DNA from: Heptranchias perlo
Lineage: Eukaryota
Reading direction: 5' to 3'
Length of the DNA: 64,000 nucleotides
Assembly: GCF_035084215.1 (NCBI RefSeq)
Contig: NC_090327.1
Coordinates: 114,142,001-114,206,000, forward strand
This document shows positions 1-12,964 of the stretch, in pieces. Below the pieces are notes generated by a model. The model did no database searches. It was not told the DNA's origin and saw nothing but the letters and a program-made list of their open reading frames with translations. A program made the position numbers and the translations under genes. How positions within the stretch are numbered: the first letter of the stretch is position 1; each line of letters begins with the position of its first letter.

Positions 1-544
1 AATCTTCAGGTAATGTGAGAAATGAATAAATTTCAAACATAGCATAGTGATAAGTCAGATCATAATATTTATAGATTTCCTTCAACAGCTACACTGTAGA
101 GCCCCTATGCATTGTATTAAAAATATTTTAATATTAATAACATAATATTTGAAATGAAAGTAAATAAACAACAGTAAAATTCAAATTTTGTTCTGTACAT
201 GAGATTTCAATTCTCAAAGCAGGGACTTAAACGTTTGGATTTCTCACACATTCTAAGGAGAGGATTTTCAAATGCCGTTTCTCACCTGAAAAACAGGCAT
301 CTGGCAGAGAAAAATCCAGTGGGGACCTTGTGCATCCATTTGTTCACCTGAATCAATGCCCCCCTTAAGTAACATGACAGAATTAAAGAAGATGCTAAAA
401 TGTAAACAAACATGCCTTATTTTTGCTACATCAGAACTACAAAAGATGCAAACAGTGCTGATGGTTAACATTCTGAATTATATCTTCTTCCAAGTATTCA
501 CCAGGGAGCACAAGTAACATACCTGCACCTTTCCCTAAGTAGAA

Positions 545-1722
545 CTAAGTTAAATAGAGTTAATAACTTTGATATAGATTAGATGGAAGTCCTGCACAGG
601 CTAAAAAGACTGAAAACAAATAAATCCCCAGGGATAGATTTATCCCAGAGAGAGGCAGGGTAGGAAATTGTGAGGCATTGACAGTCATTGTGAAGGAACC
701 ACTGAACACTGGAGAAGTGCAATGGTACCTGACAATTCCATCAGGCCGAATGGCAGTGTGAACGGGGCAGTAAGTAGTGCCCTGCTATTTTCCCTGTGTT
801 ACTGCCCAATTCCCACCCAAAACGGGGATGAAAATTGGTCCCACTGTGTTGAACAAACATAACCAGACATTAATAAACTTGCAGAATGGGCCTGTAGATG
901 ACAAAAGAATTTCAATATAGGTGAGTGTGATGTGGTGCATTTTGGTAGGAGGGTATAAGGAGGCCACATACTTCTTGGAAAATAAAAGTCTAAATGGGGT
1001 GGAGGAGCAAAGCGATCCAGGAGTACAGATTCACAAATCATTAAAAGTAGCAACGCAGGTTAACAAGGCCATAAAAAATGCAAACAAAGGACTGGGGTTC
1101 ATTTCTAGAGGAACAGAATTGAAAAGCAGAGAGGTTATGTTAATCTTGTATAGAACGTTGGTTAGACCACACTTGGGAGTACTAGGCACAGTTCTAGTCT
1201 CCATATTATAAAAAGGAAATAAAGGCACTGCAGAAGATGCAAAAAAGATTTTCAAGAATTATACCAGAACTAAGAGGTTATAACAATCAGGAAAGACTGA
1301 ATAGGCTGGGGCTCTTTTCTCTAGAAAAGAGAAGGCTGAAGATGACCTAATAAAGGTCTTTAAAATCATGAAAGGGTTTGATGGGATAGGCATAGAAAAG
1401 ATGTTTCCACTTGTGGGAGCATCCAAAACTAGGGGTCATCAATATGAGATAGTCACTAATAAATCCTATAAGGAATTCAGGAGAAACTTCTTTACCCAGA
1501 GAGCGATTAGAATGTGGAACTTGCTATCGCATGGAGTAGTTGAGGTGAATAGCATAGATGCATTTAAGAGGAAGCTACATAAGTACGAAGGAGAAAGAAA
1601 TAGAAGGATATGCTGATAGGGTTAGATGAAGCAGGGAGGGAGGAGGCTCGTGTGGAGCATAAATACCGGCATAGACCAGAAGGGCAAATGGCCTGTTTCT
1701 GTGCTGTAAATTCTATGTAAAT
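545..1722 (+). mobile_element. CR1 LINE ORF2 (RT) fragments and 3' end, degenerate; interrupted by a small insertion at about 725-842
   Basis: ORFs 921-1211 (LGFISRGTELKSREVMLILYRTLVRPHL) and 1368-1616 (FRRNFFTQRAIRMWNLL) match the CR1 ORF2 C-terminus; CR1-type 3' tail GGCAAATGGCCTGTTTCTGTGCTGTAAATTCTATG. Confidence 0.9.
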
Positions 1723-1984
1723 ACATATCTCATCATTTCAATTGTACATGTTAATCCAATACTTTCATGCTATCTCATAATATCAGTCTCCGTAAATACC
1801 TCCAGCTATTCCGAATGTAGTCTTCAACATTCATATTTAAGAAAAATTAAAATAAAATAGATTAAAAAATAAGGGGGGGATGCGGTGATGGTCTTAACTA
1901 TTGCCCTTTTTAAAAAGTATTTACTTTTGGCATTTTTGAATTATAGAAAATGTAGCTGTTTTTAATATTTTCCTCTACCAATTT

Positions 1985-2090
1985 CCTCCCAATAGTGCTG
2001 ACTCATGCTGGGATACAGTTCCACTGTGTCAGCTGTTTCCAGTACCTCACTTAAGTGACTATTTTTCACGGGTCAACCTAGATAGGAAGG
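1985..2090 (-). mobile_element. 3' fragment of the unnamed SINE family seen most completely at 36490-36930
   Basis: Reverse complement GTGGAACTGTATCCCAGCATGAGTCAGCA matches the end of the 36490-36930 element (GTGGATCTGTACCCAGCATGAGTCAGCA). Confidence 0.6.
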
Positions 2091-2123
2091 AAGCAGATTT
2101 TTCTCATTTGCACTTGGACGTAA

Positions 2124-2385
2124 CAGAGACTGCCAGTTTTCTATCAGTTTACATTAACAGATGTATAATCAGGCAAGCTCCGTTATGGGTGTGCAATCCT
2201 CTCCCTCCAATTTTACCCAATGCATTCCACTCAGTGGAATATTAATATGAGAGTCCCACACATGATGAGTTCAGGCAGTCCCGTTCTGTTTCCCGTACCC
2301 AGTGGATACACATCCATGGCACACTGCTGCTCTTAGATTCACTGCAAAGAAAATAAAGATGAAGTAGATGGGTCTTGTGGAGTTT
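2124..2385. repeat. 262-bp direct repeat, copy 1
   Basis: Ungapped match to 3304-3565 (offset 1180), about 10 substitutions by eye. Confidence 0.95.
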
Positions 2386-3303
2386 GTCATGAATGTTCAT
2401 GGAACAGGCGAAAACAGTCTTAGTCACCAAGATCACAAGCAGGGCAGTAGCTTGAAATTTAAAATTGTAAGTACATTCATTTATTTAATCATTACAACAC
2501 AGCACTTAATTTAATATGTTCAGATAAATGTCCTTTACTATCATTTTTAGTGCCTGAACTTTTTGTCTGTAATTGATGCTATTGATGAGCCTCTCAGCTC
2601 CTGAGGCCTCCATTCTACTAGTCTACTGGTTTATAGTCTGTAATTTAATCTAGAATTCATTCCATTGACTTGTACTACAGCAAGAATGTGATCACGGTAG
2701 GTGGCAAGGTGAAGCTCTAACGTGTTGTGCCACAGAGTGTTATAACACCGGCTTAGTCCAGTAATTCCCCACACAGTGAGCTCTCCATCTCAGGTGCTCC
2801 ACCATGGGGAGGTGACAAACAGAGATGAGGGGGTGAACCAGCGAGGCCAGCCTCCTGGAAGCTGGTCATGAAGATGGAACAACTTTGACAAAGGCTAATG
2901 TTACTTGCCCTCCACAGATGGGTTTAAGATATGGAGGGATAAAGAGAGAGCTGGAGAGAAAAGAATAAAAAGCACCATAGCAAAAAAAAACAATTAATTG
3001 TGTCTGATATGTCCACTGGAATCAAACTATGTGAAAGGATTTATAAAGAATGACATTTGAAATTCCATGTCCCTTGATGTATTTAAAGAATAGCAAACAA
3101 ACCCAGTGATATCTCTGGACAAGGTAGAGTGGTCTCCATGTGCCTCTGCCCAGGCACACCCCATCCACCAAGCTTAGACACCCCAAATCGAAACAAGCAC
3201 AGATATAGCAAAACGAGAGTGAAGAACCAGTAGGGAAAAAAAACAAATTACCACAGTTACTACATAAGAGAAAAATAGAGCAAGGAGGATAGCACGCCTG
3301 AAT

Positions 3304-3565
3304 CAGAGACTGCCAGTTTTCTATCCGTTTAAATTAACAGATGTATAATCAGGCAAGCTCCGTTATGGGTGTGCAATCCTCTCCCTCCGATTTTACCCAA
3401 TGCATTCCACCCAGTGGAATATTAATATGAGAGTCCCACACATGATGAGTTCAGGCAGTCCTGGTCTGTTTCCTGTACCCAATGGATACACATCCATGTC
3501 ACACTGCCGCTCTTAGATTCACTGCAAAGAAAATAAAGATGAAGTAGATGGGTCTTGTGGAGTTT
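3304..3565. repeat. 262-bp direct repeat, copy 2
   Basis: Ungapped match to 2124-2385. Confidence 0.95.
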
Positions 3566-4860
3566 TTACTGCCTGATCTTGAAAAGCGTTACACTACTAT
3601 ACCAGAATATACAACTAGCCCAAAAAAACTCATTGTATCAGAATATGCTTCTCCGTAAATGATGTTTAAGGAAAAATTTGCGACTCCAACAATATGTAAG
3701 CCAATGTCAAATTGTGAAAAAATTAAATTTTTTAAAAAGTTAAAATGTCAGAAAAGATCATTACTTCTGTTCATTTATGGTAACATTAGCATAGAAATTA
3801 TGTGCGATTGTTACAGTTCAGGCTTCCATCGGTACTTTTAATCTATATACATAGTAGAAAGGCAGTTTCCATAGCAGATTCAATCTCCAATGAATCAAAA
3901 CCTATATCCTTATGAGTACCGTGAATGGGATAGCATATCACAAGGTTAACAATTACCCTTTAATTATGGTATAATGTACCACGGATCATGTAGGATGTTT
4001 GCCACACTGTCCTGTCTACTCCAAAAGGTGTTAAATACAATACTGCAAGACCATTACATACAGGATAAAACGAATAGATTCAGTTGCAAGTATATCATAA
4101 TTATACAGAATCCAGTATACAAGACACTGATGGTACAAAAATTAAGAAAACAATAAAGATTGATTCAATCCATGAGGAATTAAAATAACTTCTTCAGAAT
4201 GTATTTCTTACAGTTTGATAATCTGAAAAACATTTGGGGGAGACAATCTTTTGAAGACTTCCAAATGCAATATCTGTACATGGATGAGGCGATATTTCTG
4301 CCCATCATACAGACACTAAATATTTTTCTCTCCAGATATTCCCTGCTGGGATTACAGAACTTGCCCTGGTTTGCAACCTTCTATACATTAAAATTTCAAA
4401 GAAATAATGGCCACGCAATCAAATAAAATTGTCCTGAATACAGAAGTGTCTTCAACAAAGGAAGCCAGCCCACTCTCATTAAAACATCAGTTTTGTGTGT
4501 TGACTACCCCCAATCTCAGAGGGAAAAGTGGCCGATTTTAAATTCACATTTAACATATGCATATTAATATCACGCAGAGCAATTTTTAGGCTCTTATCAT
4601 CTCAATGGGTAGTTTTGGAATAGGTTGAGTTCATAGAAGACCTCCTAAAAAAGTCACCTCCAGAGCTGCCGTGTTGTTTACGGTAATGGTAATTATGATA
4701 ATTTTGTACTACAGCAGGTGCCACATGTGCTGTACCACAAACTTTTACAACACTAGCAAATTGCCCATGGTGTTTCTCATGGTGAGTTAATTAATATGTT
4801 TTTTGTTAATTGACAAGATGATGATGGAGTTGGGAGAGAGATGTCAGAAACTTGCACCTC

Positions 4861-4879
4861 ATAGCCACCTAGTGGCCAG
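4861..4879 (-). promoter_or_regulatory. CTCF-like binding motif
   Basis: Minus strand TGGCCACTAGGTGGCTAT; core CCACTAGGTGGC fits the CTCF consensus CCASYAGRKGGC; lies in non-repeat DNA. Confidence 0.55.
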
Positions 4880-5439
4880 ACATTGCACTTACAATGTGAT
4901 AGTTGGCACAGCACAATCAAATGAGAAATGTTCACATAACAATTTATAACGCTAAATGTTGACACAAAAGCAAAAACTGAGAAGGAAGTAAGGTTTCTGG
5001 ACAGGAAGTGTGTGCTCTACACAAGATTTTTAATAACATATTGACTTTTTTAACATTTTCATTTTAGGTTTCATTAAAGCGAATTTAAAAATAATAAAGG
5101 TGATGTGGTGATGTCACTACATTGCTTACTGCATCATCACATCCTTCTGTATTTTTAAATATAACAGTGTCGTGCAAGATAATTTACCATGACCTGAAGA
5201 GCCAAGAGAACTACATATAGTTTTATCTAACGAATGATATTGTTCACAAACTGATGGTAAAATAGGGATATTCTTAGATTAAAAATAAACAAAAATCTAT
5301 TTAAAATTGACAGTAAGTGAACTGAACTGCAATGCACTGCACTACCTTCAAGCATTACTGGTCACAATCCAAGAATACAGCCAGGGAAACTGGAATCTAG
5401 ATTTGGATTTACAATTCCATTTTTTGGATCAAGCATGTG

Positions 5440-6760
5440 AACATACGAAAAGAAGGACAACAGAAACCTATCAGACCCACCCCATCCAAACAACAGTGCA
5501 ACCATAAGAATCACTGACCACAGTATCCTGGGAGAGGTTAAAAATCAGAGAGAAAAAAAATCTGCAGCCAATTCAGAAAACTTCTCTCCAATTCCCTATT
5601 GCAAATCAAGTAAAGCTCCTGGAGACCATGGTTGCACATAACTCCTCATAATCGCCACTTTCTCTCTATAACTGGAAATGCCTCTTCTCTCAGGAACTTA
5701 TCAAGCTCCCTTTTAAAGGACTGTGGAAAATCCACACCCTCTGCTGTTTCAGGACTCTGATTCAGAGGGAGGTGTTTTTCTGCAAAAAGAAAGTTCCTGA
5801 CACTCAACCAAATTCTTTGCCTATGGATTTCATATGCATGCCCTCTAGTTCAACCACACATGCCCATTTGAAATAAGCTATCCAATTGGACTTATTCCAA
5901 TCCTTCAATCATATCCTTTGTGTTTCTCTATAAAAATGTCCCAAACTCTTGGAGCCTATCCTAGTATTTAAGAGCCCTAAGGCTAGGTATAACTCTAGAA
6001 GTCCTCCTCTGTACCTTCTCCAGAGCCTCAATATCCTTCACCAAGGTGTCCGTCTTGGCTCAGTAGTAGTACTCTCACCTCTGAGTTCAAGTCCCACTCC
6101 AGAGACTCATGCACATAATCTAGGCTTACACCTCAGTTAAGTATTGAGGGAGTGCTGCACTGTCGGAGGTGCCATCTTTCAGATGAGACGTTAAACTGTC
6201 TACCGTCTCAGATGGATGTAACAGATCCATGGCACAATTCGAAGAAGATCAGGGGAATTCTCCCCTGGTATCCTGGACAATATTTATCCCTCAACAAACA
6301 TCACTGCGCATCACAAAAGCGCTATATAAATGCAAGTTCTTTCTTTCACCATGTGCGGGAACCAAAACTGGATATAATACTCCAAGTAAGGACATACCAA
6401 AGACATATTGTCCAAGTATAGTACATTTACTTTTATATTCGATGGTCCTTGCAATACAACTGAAAGCCCTATTTACTTTCCTTATGGCCACCTTACACTG
6501 CTTGTGTAGCTTTAATGAGTGATAAATGTTTACCCCCAGGGTCCTTTCTTGATCCATTAGTGGGTTGTCCTGTACAGTGTAAACATGCCCAGAGTTTTAT
6601 CAACCCCAAATGCATGATGCTGTATTTGTCTATATTAAAAGGACATCTGCCACACATAACTCTATTGCCCTAACTTGCCTGAATTACTAACCATGTGATC
6701 ACCAAAGCTAAAATTTAGATTCAGGCTTCTTAACCAATTAATGTGCCCCTACCCTACTCA
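5440..6760 (-). mobile_element. Old CR1 LINE 3' fragment, split by a SINE insertion
   Basis: ORF 6291-6557 (DQERTLGVNIYHSLKLHKQCKVAIRKVNRAFSCIARTIEYKSK) is CR1 RT C-terminal; sequence continues past the SINE towards 5440. Confidence 0.75.
6044..6344 (+). mobile_element. Deu-domain tRNA-SINE (SacSINE1-like), internally deleted
   Basis: tRNA-like head TGGCTCAGTAGTAG...GTTCAAGTCC, Deu core GGAGGTGCCATCTTTCAGATGAGACGTTAAAC, L2-type tail GCGCTATATAAATGCAAGT; flanked by TTCACCA duplication (6037-6043 and 6345-6351). Confidence 0.85.
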
Positions 6761-6764
6761 TACA

Positions 6765-7132
6765 AATTCTAACAGGACTAAACAGACTAGATGCAGGGAG
6801 GATGTTCCCGATGGCTGAGGAATCCATAACCAGGGGTCACAGTCTCAGGATATGAGGTATGCCATCTAGAACCGAGATGAGAAGAAATTTCTCCACTCAG
6901 AGAGTGGTGAACCTGTGGAATTCTCTACCACAGAAGGCAGTGGAGGCCAAGTCATTAAATATATTCAAGAAGGAGATAGATATATTTCTTAATGCTAAAG
7001 CGATCAAGGGATATGGGGAAAAAGTGGGAACAGGGTACTGAGTTAGACGATCAGCCATGAACATTTTGAATGGCGGAGCAGGCCCGAAGGGCCGAATGGC
7101 CTACTCTTGCTCCTATTTTCTATGTTTCTATG
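6765..7132 (+). mobile_element. CR1 LINE 3' end
   Basis: ORF 6859-7041 RTEMRRNFSTQRVVNLWNSLPQKAVEA; tail GGGCCGAATGGCCTACTCTTGCTCCTATTTTCTATGTTTCTATG. Confidence 0.92.
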
Positions 7133-7134
7133 AT

Positions 7135-7235
7135 ATGTTACAACTGTGACTACACTTCAAAAGTACTTAATTGGTTGTAAAGCGCTTTGGGACATCCTGA
7201 GGTCGTGAAAGGCACTATATAAATGCAAGTTTATT
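7135..7235 (+). mobile_element. Deu-SINE 3' tail fragment
   Basis: ACAACTGTGACTACACTTCAAAAGTAC...GTAAAGCGCTTTGGGACATCCTGAGGTCGTGAAAGGCACTATATAAATGCAAGT, matching 58190-58281. Confidence 0.85.
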
Positions 7236-7884
7236 GTGTTGTTGTGTATTCCTTTGCTGGCCCCTCGAGGTGTGACCACGGCTTGGTGTCAGTTTTCAGC
7301 ACTAAACACACTTATACTGTGTGTGTTGCTGGAAATCAGTGAGGAACCGAGAACTAGTCAGTTGATAGGAAAAAAGCAGGAATGGATTGGGGATAAAACT
7401 AAAGGCCAGAGGTCGGGTTGGGAATTGATTCATAACCCACCTTCTGTTACTACTTCCAGACCTGGACCTAGCGCCTCCCAGCATCTCCTGACCCTGAGGT
7501 TTCCCCCAAGTGCTGTAAGACCCCAGTAGTCCCCACCCAATGCTACCAGGTCCAAGGACCCCCCCCCCCCTCACTTAGTGTCAGCAGACTTTAAGGCAAA
7601 CCCTTCGCGTTGCCACAGCCCAGGACCGCCCTGCCAGTGTTTCTCAACCCCGGAAATCTCTAATGCCATTGGACAGCTGGCCCTACTCTACAATCCTGAC
7701 AGATCGCAGAATCCTCCCCAGTGCTCCCAGACCCTAAGATCCCCCTTTTCGGTGCTGCCGCAATCTGGGCACTTATCTCCGATGCTGCAGTGTTGCTAGA
7801 TTCTAGGAACCTCCTAGTGAGCTAAATCCTATATTCCACCTTTATAGTTGTGCCAAACACCAGGTTCCCATTCCCCAGTGCATT

Positions 7885-8040
7885 TTTAACAGAAAAGTAG
7901 AGAAACATTTGAAGCAGAAGAAGATAGAGGGCTGTGGGGCAAGAGCAGAACAATGGGATTAATTTTGGGTTATTCTAGCTGGCACAGACATGGTAGGCTG
8001 AATGGCCTCATTTTTGGCTGTAATCTTCTATGGTTCTAAA
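7885..8040 (+). mobile_element. CR1 extreme 3' fragment
   Basis: GGCACAGACATGGTAGGCTGAATGGCCTC...CTGTAATCTTCTATGGTTCTA tail. Confidence 0.7.
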
Positions 8041-8190
8041 GGGGCACACACGTACACTTTAGCAGCAGAATAGTAAATAGTATGTTATATGATATAATGC
8101 TTTTATCCTTATAAAACAGTCCTATGAGTAGTATGATATCCACTAGTCTATATATAACCAATGAAAGCCCAGAAACTGTACAATCAGTTA

Positions 8191-8791
8191 TGTGCAATTT
8201 CATGGGAATTCTTGGGGGGTTGGAATTTGGGGTGAACTTGGATCCATGGGGTTTCCATCTCTCCCTGGGGTGCCAAGCAAAGTGTGCTGCAGCGGTGCAG
8301 CTGCTTCTTCTGTCTATTACATTGAATCGGCAGTTTGGGGGTATTTCTCAAGGTATTCCCAAGCTACCCTAGGACCTCTGCCAGAAATACCTCTGATAAG
8401 CCCAGCAGCACCTATGTCTTCTGAGAGCAAGAATAGGTCCCTTTCTGGGTCTAAAGAGGGGTCTGGCATGGGAAAGGTGAATGGCAATCAATCCCAGAAG
8501 GATCAATTGTTATTACGATAGGCGCCATAGAAAGGTGCAGTACAAAAATACAAAGAATCTTGGCCCTCTTTCTTTGGCCAGATCCAAGCCTCTGGCTCAT
8601 CTTCTCAGTGTGACAGGGTGTCGCTCTGAGTTTTGCTAACTCTATGGGGCGCTACAGACTCGGGCACCTGCCTCACGAAGGACCCTGTCCCCAGAATTTG
8701 GGATGGGGTCAGGGCAAGATGAAAGTGATGAGCAGAAGTTCTGCCCCACCACACTTCTGATGATACAACAATGACCCTGGAAATTTTACCC
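8191..8791. mobile_element. Putative degenerate Harbinger-type MITE
   Basis: GC-richer block; right end reads inward GGGTAAAATTTCCAGGG, left end TGTGCAATTTCATGGG; TTA on both flanks (8188-8190 and 8792-8794). Confidence 0.4.
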
Positions 8792-9654
8792 TTAAAAGTC
8801 TTGCACATAAGACTTGCTACCTGTCAATGTAAAGCTCCCTGTAACACTTTCCTGTCACAATTTTTCCATTACAGCAATGTCATGTTTTTTTTTCATGCTT
8901 AAACATACCTATTTCATAAATTTACCTCAGATTAAGAACTCCATCTCTAAGCTAGATGACACTGTGGCCCTGTTCTCCACAGGTCCACCCACCTAAAAAT
9001 CAAGCCTCTCATCTGATGCTCCCAGCACCACCTCCTCCAACTCCTTCTTGCCCCATTTCCTGCTCCTCAGCTTGACCCCAGACCCAGGCTGATCGTTCTC
9101 CTCTCCCAAATCACCAGTTCCTACTGCCCCCTCTCACTGCTCCCGCTCCCCATTCTACCCTGTGTACCCATGCCTTCTCTCCACCCCCCTCCCTCCAACC
9201 CCATTCTACAATCACAGTCGTGTTCCCATCTGTGACCTGGGAACCAGCTTCAAATTATTTAAAGTACTTTTACTCTCAATAAAACCACAGTAACTGTTTT
9301 AAAGAAATTTAAGCAGGTTCCCAGGTGGGGCACAGGGGCAGGATTTCCTAAAGTTTAAATGCACTCAGCTCTGTTCCCTTCTGCCCATTCATCCCCAAGA
9401 AAACCCAAGATCTCAACCCAGGTACCGTCGTAAAGTTCTTTAAGCTGTTTATTGCATTTTTGCTCACTGTACTTTTGCGAAGTCAGTAAAAGTGCAGTAA
9501 GCACCGTAAAAAAAACTTTCAGGCCAGTTCCAGAGCTGGATTGTGGCTATAATGTATTAAGGTTTGTATAAAGGACTTTCCTGTCACTGAGCTGGAAGCA
9601 GGTTTTGGTTATTGAAAGCGCTTAGTGTGCCTATAATACAGTTGGCAATTACAA

Positions 9655-9822
9655 CATAACAACAACAACTGGCATTTACGTACCGCCGTTAACATAGTAA
9701 AACGTCCCAAGCCACTTCACAGGACTGTTAGCAAACAAAATGTGATACCGAGCCACATAAGGAGATATGAGGACAGGTGATCAAAAGCTTGATCAAAGAG
9801 ATAGGTTTTAAGGAGCATCTCA
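9655..9822 (-). mobile_element. L2-clade LINE 3' end
   Basis: (AAC)n-TGGCATTTACGTACCGCC...AAAAGCTTGATCAAAGAGATAGGTTTTAAGGAGCATCT; same family as 15338-15650. Confidence 0.75.
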
Positions 9823-10609
9823 CTAAAGTGTTATTCAGTATGACTATCAGAAGATTAGAGAAGTGCACGAGGGCACATGTGAGTTTACAGTAACCAGTTC
9901 ATATAACAAGGGGATTGTATTGTTACATCCCTGTGTCATGCTATTGTATAACTAGACAAACTCCTGATCATAAGAAGAGTATAGTGATGTTAAACTCGAA
10001 GAAATATCTAGAGCAGACATGAGATTCGGAACCGTTAAATTTACAAGAGAAAGATCAAATTTGGCTATAGAATCCTATTTACTGTGTTTGAAATGCCTAG
10101 AACAATGTTTTCTGTTCGTGCTTTGTGCCTAAGTTCATGCAGAATCGGAGCTCCATCACTGTTACCTGAGACAACTCAAGTTAGCAGGTTACAGCATACA
10201 TACACCTCCTACAATTTATTTTTGTTACAATTAACACCCAGACTGGCCATTAACAGAGCATACCAGACATTGTTAAGTCCAAACCCCTCTTCCATTCTCA
10301 TGTATGAATGGAGAATTACTGACAAAAAAAACAGGGAACCATTTTGGGGTCTTGGAAGGTAATTTTCTTTGCAAATAAAATCAGGAAAACAGCTTAAGCA
10401 TGAACTTTTGTGAGATAATTTTTTTAGAGAAAAAATTATGTATATATCAGAGGTTATTTGTTTATGCAATTAATGTTTATTAAAGCAGTCATGTGCCTAT
10501 TTTCTGTTCTTTAGAAACTCCTCCCGGTCTCCTAATCATGCTGCTCATCTGGAATATACTCTGGTTTGTATTTTATTCCCATTGTGCAAGTTTAGGTTAT
10601 TGGGCCCCC

Positions 10610-10865
10610 TGCCTCTTCCCCACCTACCCAGAATGCTTTGTGGGTTGCTGGCTCAACCGAAGTGTTTTCTGGCTTACCTACTCTAAGTGCTTCCCAATCC
10701 ACCCACCTGCTCAAGCTGAATGCTTCCCAGCCTGCCTTGTCTGCCCTGAATACTTCTCACCTCTGTGCCATCCACCCTAAGTGCTTCCCAGCTTGCCCAA
10801 CCTGGGTGTTTTTTTGGCTCGCCTGTCCAAAGTCCTTGCTGACCTAGCTGATCCCTCACCCTGCC
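10610..10865. repeat. Degenerate pyrimidine-rich tandem repeat (units ending ...GAATGCTT / AAGTGCTTCCCA)
   Basis: Recurrent CCT..AAGTGCTTCCCA / CTGAATGCTTCCCAG motifs every 20-30 bp; causes the PECF/KCFP periodicity in the overlapping ORFs. Confidence 0.6.
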
Positions 10866-11084
10866 AAAATGCTACCATCAAGTATTCCCAAACCCCAGTG
10901 GTCCCACAAACCAACTGCCACCATTACTCCCAGATTCAATACTCCCTCCCAGACAACTGCCCACTAAGGTTCTACTGCTGATCACTATCCAATGAAACAT
11001 GCTGGAAAGTGCTCTGGTGCGGCATTGGATGAGAGCAGTATTGAACTTGGTGGTGATGTCTCCTTTGTGGTTGTTCAGTCTGCC

Positions 11085-11205
11085 AACACTCTTTAGTCTT
11101 CTGATCAGGCAATGAAGTATAGCCATCTTGGGCAAGAGAGCACAGCTGTTTGTGACCATGTAACTATACCTCAGCATGAGTCAACATCTTCAGAAAGAGA
11201 AGAAA
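11085..11205 (+). mobile_element. 3' fragment of the SINE family at 36490-36930
   Basis: ACTATACCTCAGCATGAGTCAACATCTTCAGAAAGAG matches the family 3' end. Confidence 0.5.
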
Positions 11206-12964
11206 AAATTGTATGAGGTTTATTTGATATTGACTGGAAATGCACATCTTCTCCTTCGAAGGCTTTAACAGACTGTTCTGTGCTGCTATGATTCAGCACT
11301 TTTAACCTCTTTTTTGCCTCAGAAGCAGCGTTAGCCTAGCTTCGCTGAGTATCAAGACCACACAATTAGTGACCATGCAAGGTCCCTGATAACACCATCA
11401 TGGGTCTCGGCACTGACCAGTTGTCTCGACAATACAACTGAAACAAACCTGCTCTGTCAGCATTCCCCACAAGGCTATTTTTTATTTCAAAAGAGAGTAC
11501 CAAAGAGATGAATAATATTGGCCAATTATACAAAAGTGTTACAACCTGATTCATTTTTTTCAGTGTAAAGATAATAGTCACACTAACTGGGGGCGGGGAG
11601 TGCAATTAAGGCCTTAAATCAGTGATGGATTGACTGAGTAATAAAATGACCCATATAACTCAGCTCTCATCAGTAACAATCTTTTACACAGTGAAAGAAT
11701 GGGGAGATTGCAGTTTATTCTGTCTGTTGAGTCTTAATGTTGCTTTGAAATTAATTCTAGAAAAATGTGTGCAAAACCAGTTGCTCATTTTTAATTCATA
11801 TGTGTGTAATTATCTTTTTTCTGATTTTTTTTCTGAATGAATTATCAATTTGCAAGCAATGAAAATACTCCCAAAAATACTCCTGTATAATGAGGTATTC
11901 TTTTAAGCTGTAACAAGACAGACTTTTACCAGTTTGTGGTGAGAGTTATTGTTATAGGTCCTCTTTCTCTCTGTTTTACATACTCTCTGCAATTCTGTAC
12001 ACCTTCAATTCCCTACTCACACTACTTTGCATATGTTATTTAATTTGTCACCCTCATCCACTGTTGTGCTAGTTACTACACATTTCAGGCACATGGACAG
12101 TAATTCAACTGTTTGCACTACTGTGACAGCATACCAACAGCTTCTCTCATTGTTGCTAGTTTAGAGAGAATCAAAACTATTTTGTAAGCATGTTACTGAT
12201 AAATGACAAAATAAACACAAGTTTATTTTTCTAATAACTACGGGTGGTAAGTTTTAATGCCAATTTTTCATATTATATATACAAGCTCTTTAAGGCACAG
12301 ATGCCAACTCAATAATGAGTCCCTTCAGGTTTCAGTTCATCCAAAAAAGTTTTTATGGCTTATCCTTTCCAATTCCCACCAGTTTTTAAATCAACTTAAT
12401 ATTGTAATGAATATTCTCTACACCATCCTTAAATAATTTTATAAAATGAGAAAGATGGAATAAAGAAATGATAACCTGGAGTTTTATCCATTAATCTGCT
12501 GACCTAAATACTCTATTTATAAAATTAGCAGTGGCTTCATTTCTATTTTTAATGGTGCTGATTGGCTTTGTTGGGCTAAGTAATGAGCAAACAGTGAGCA
12601 GTTCTTTAACCACCTGCCAGGAAGCACAGCTCAGTGATGTTTGGAAGAGTAATGGTAGGTGCTAAAATAAGTATCATGTTAATGTAGGGGTCATCCAGAC
12701 TGCAGTAAAACACAACACAAAGTTTGTAATGTTAGTGGATGAGATGATGTTCTGGACATAATTAAACTCAGGACAGCAACTTGACATTGAAATGCACTAA
12801 ACAGAACATCAGGGATCTCAGGGTGTAGGTATCAGCTCCCAGAAACAGAACATCACATGGGAATTTACAAAACTTTTTTTCAAGTAGTGCTTGGAACTGT
12901 GAGATTTAGAATTTCAGTGTTTGTACTGAGACAATCAATTTTTATTTTTTAAAGGCTCACCTAG

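Noticed and set aside
268-471. Minus-strand coding exon near the window start
   Set aside because: Donor-like CAG|GTGAGA is present but the acceptor is ambiguous and the peptide is unrecognisable
2262-2360. C/D box snoRNA starting at ATGATGA
   Set aside because: No CTGA box D with a terminal stem at a suitable distance
2124-3565. LTR retrotransposon or TRIM
   Set aside because: Repeats lack TG...CA ends; no PBS, PPT or TSD seen; no gag/pol remnants in the spacer
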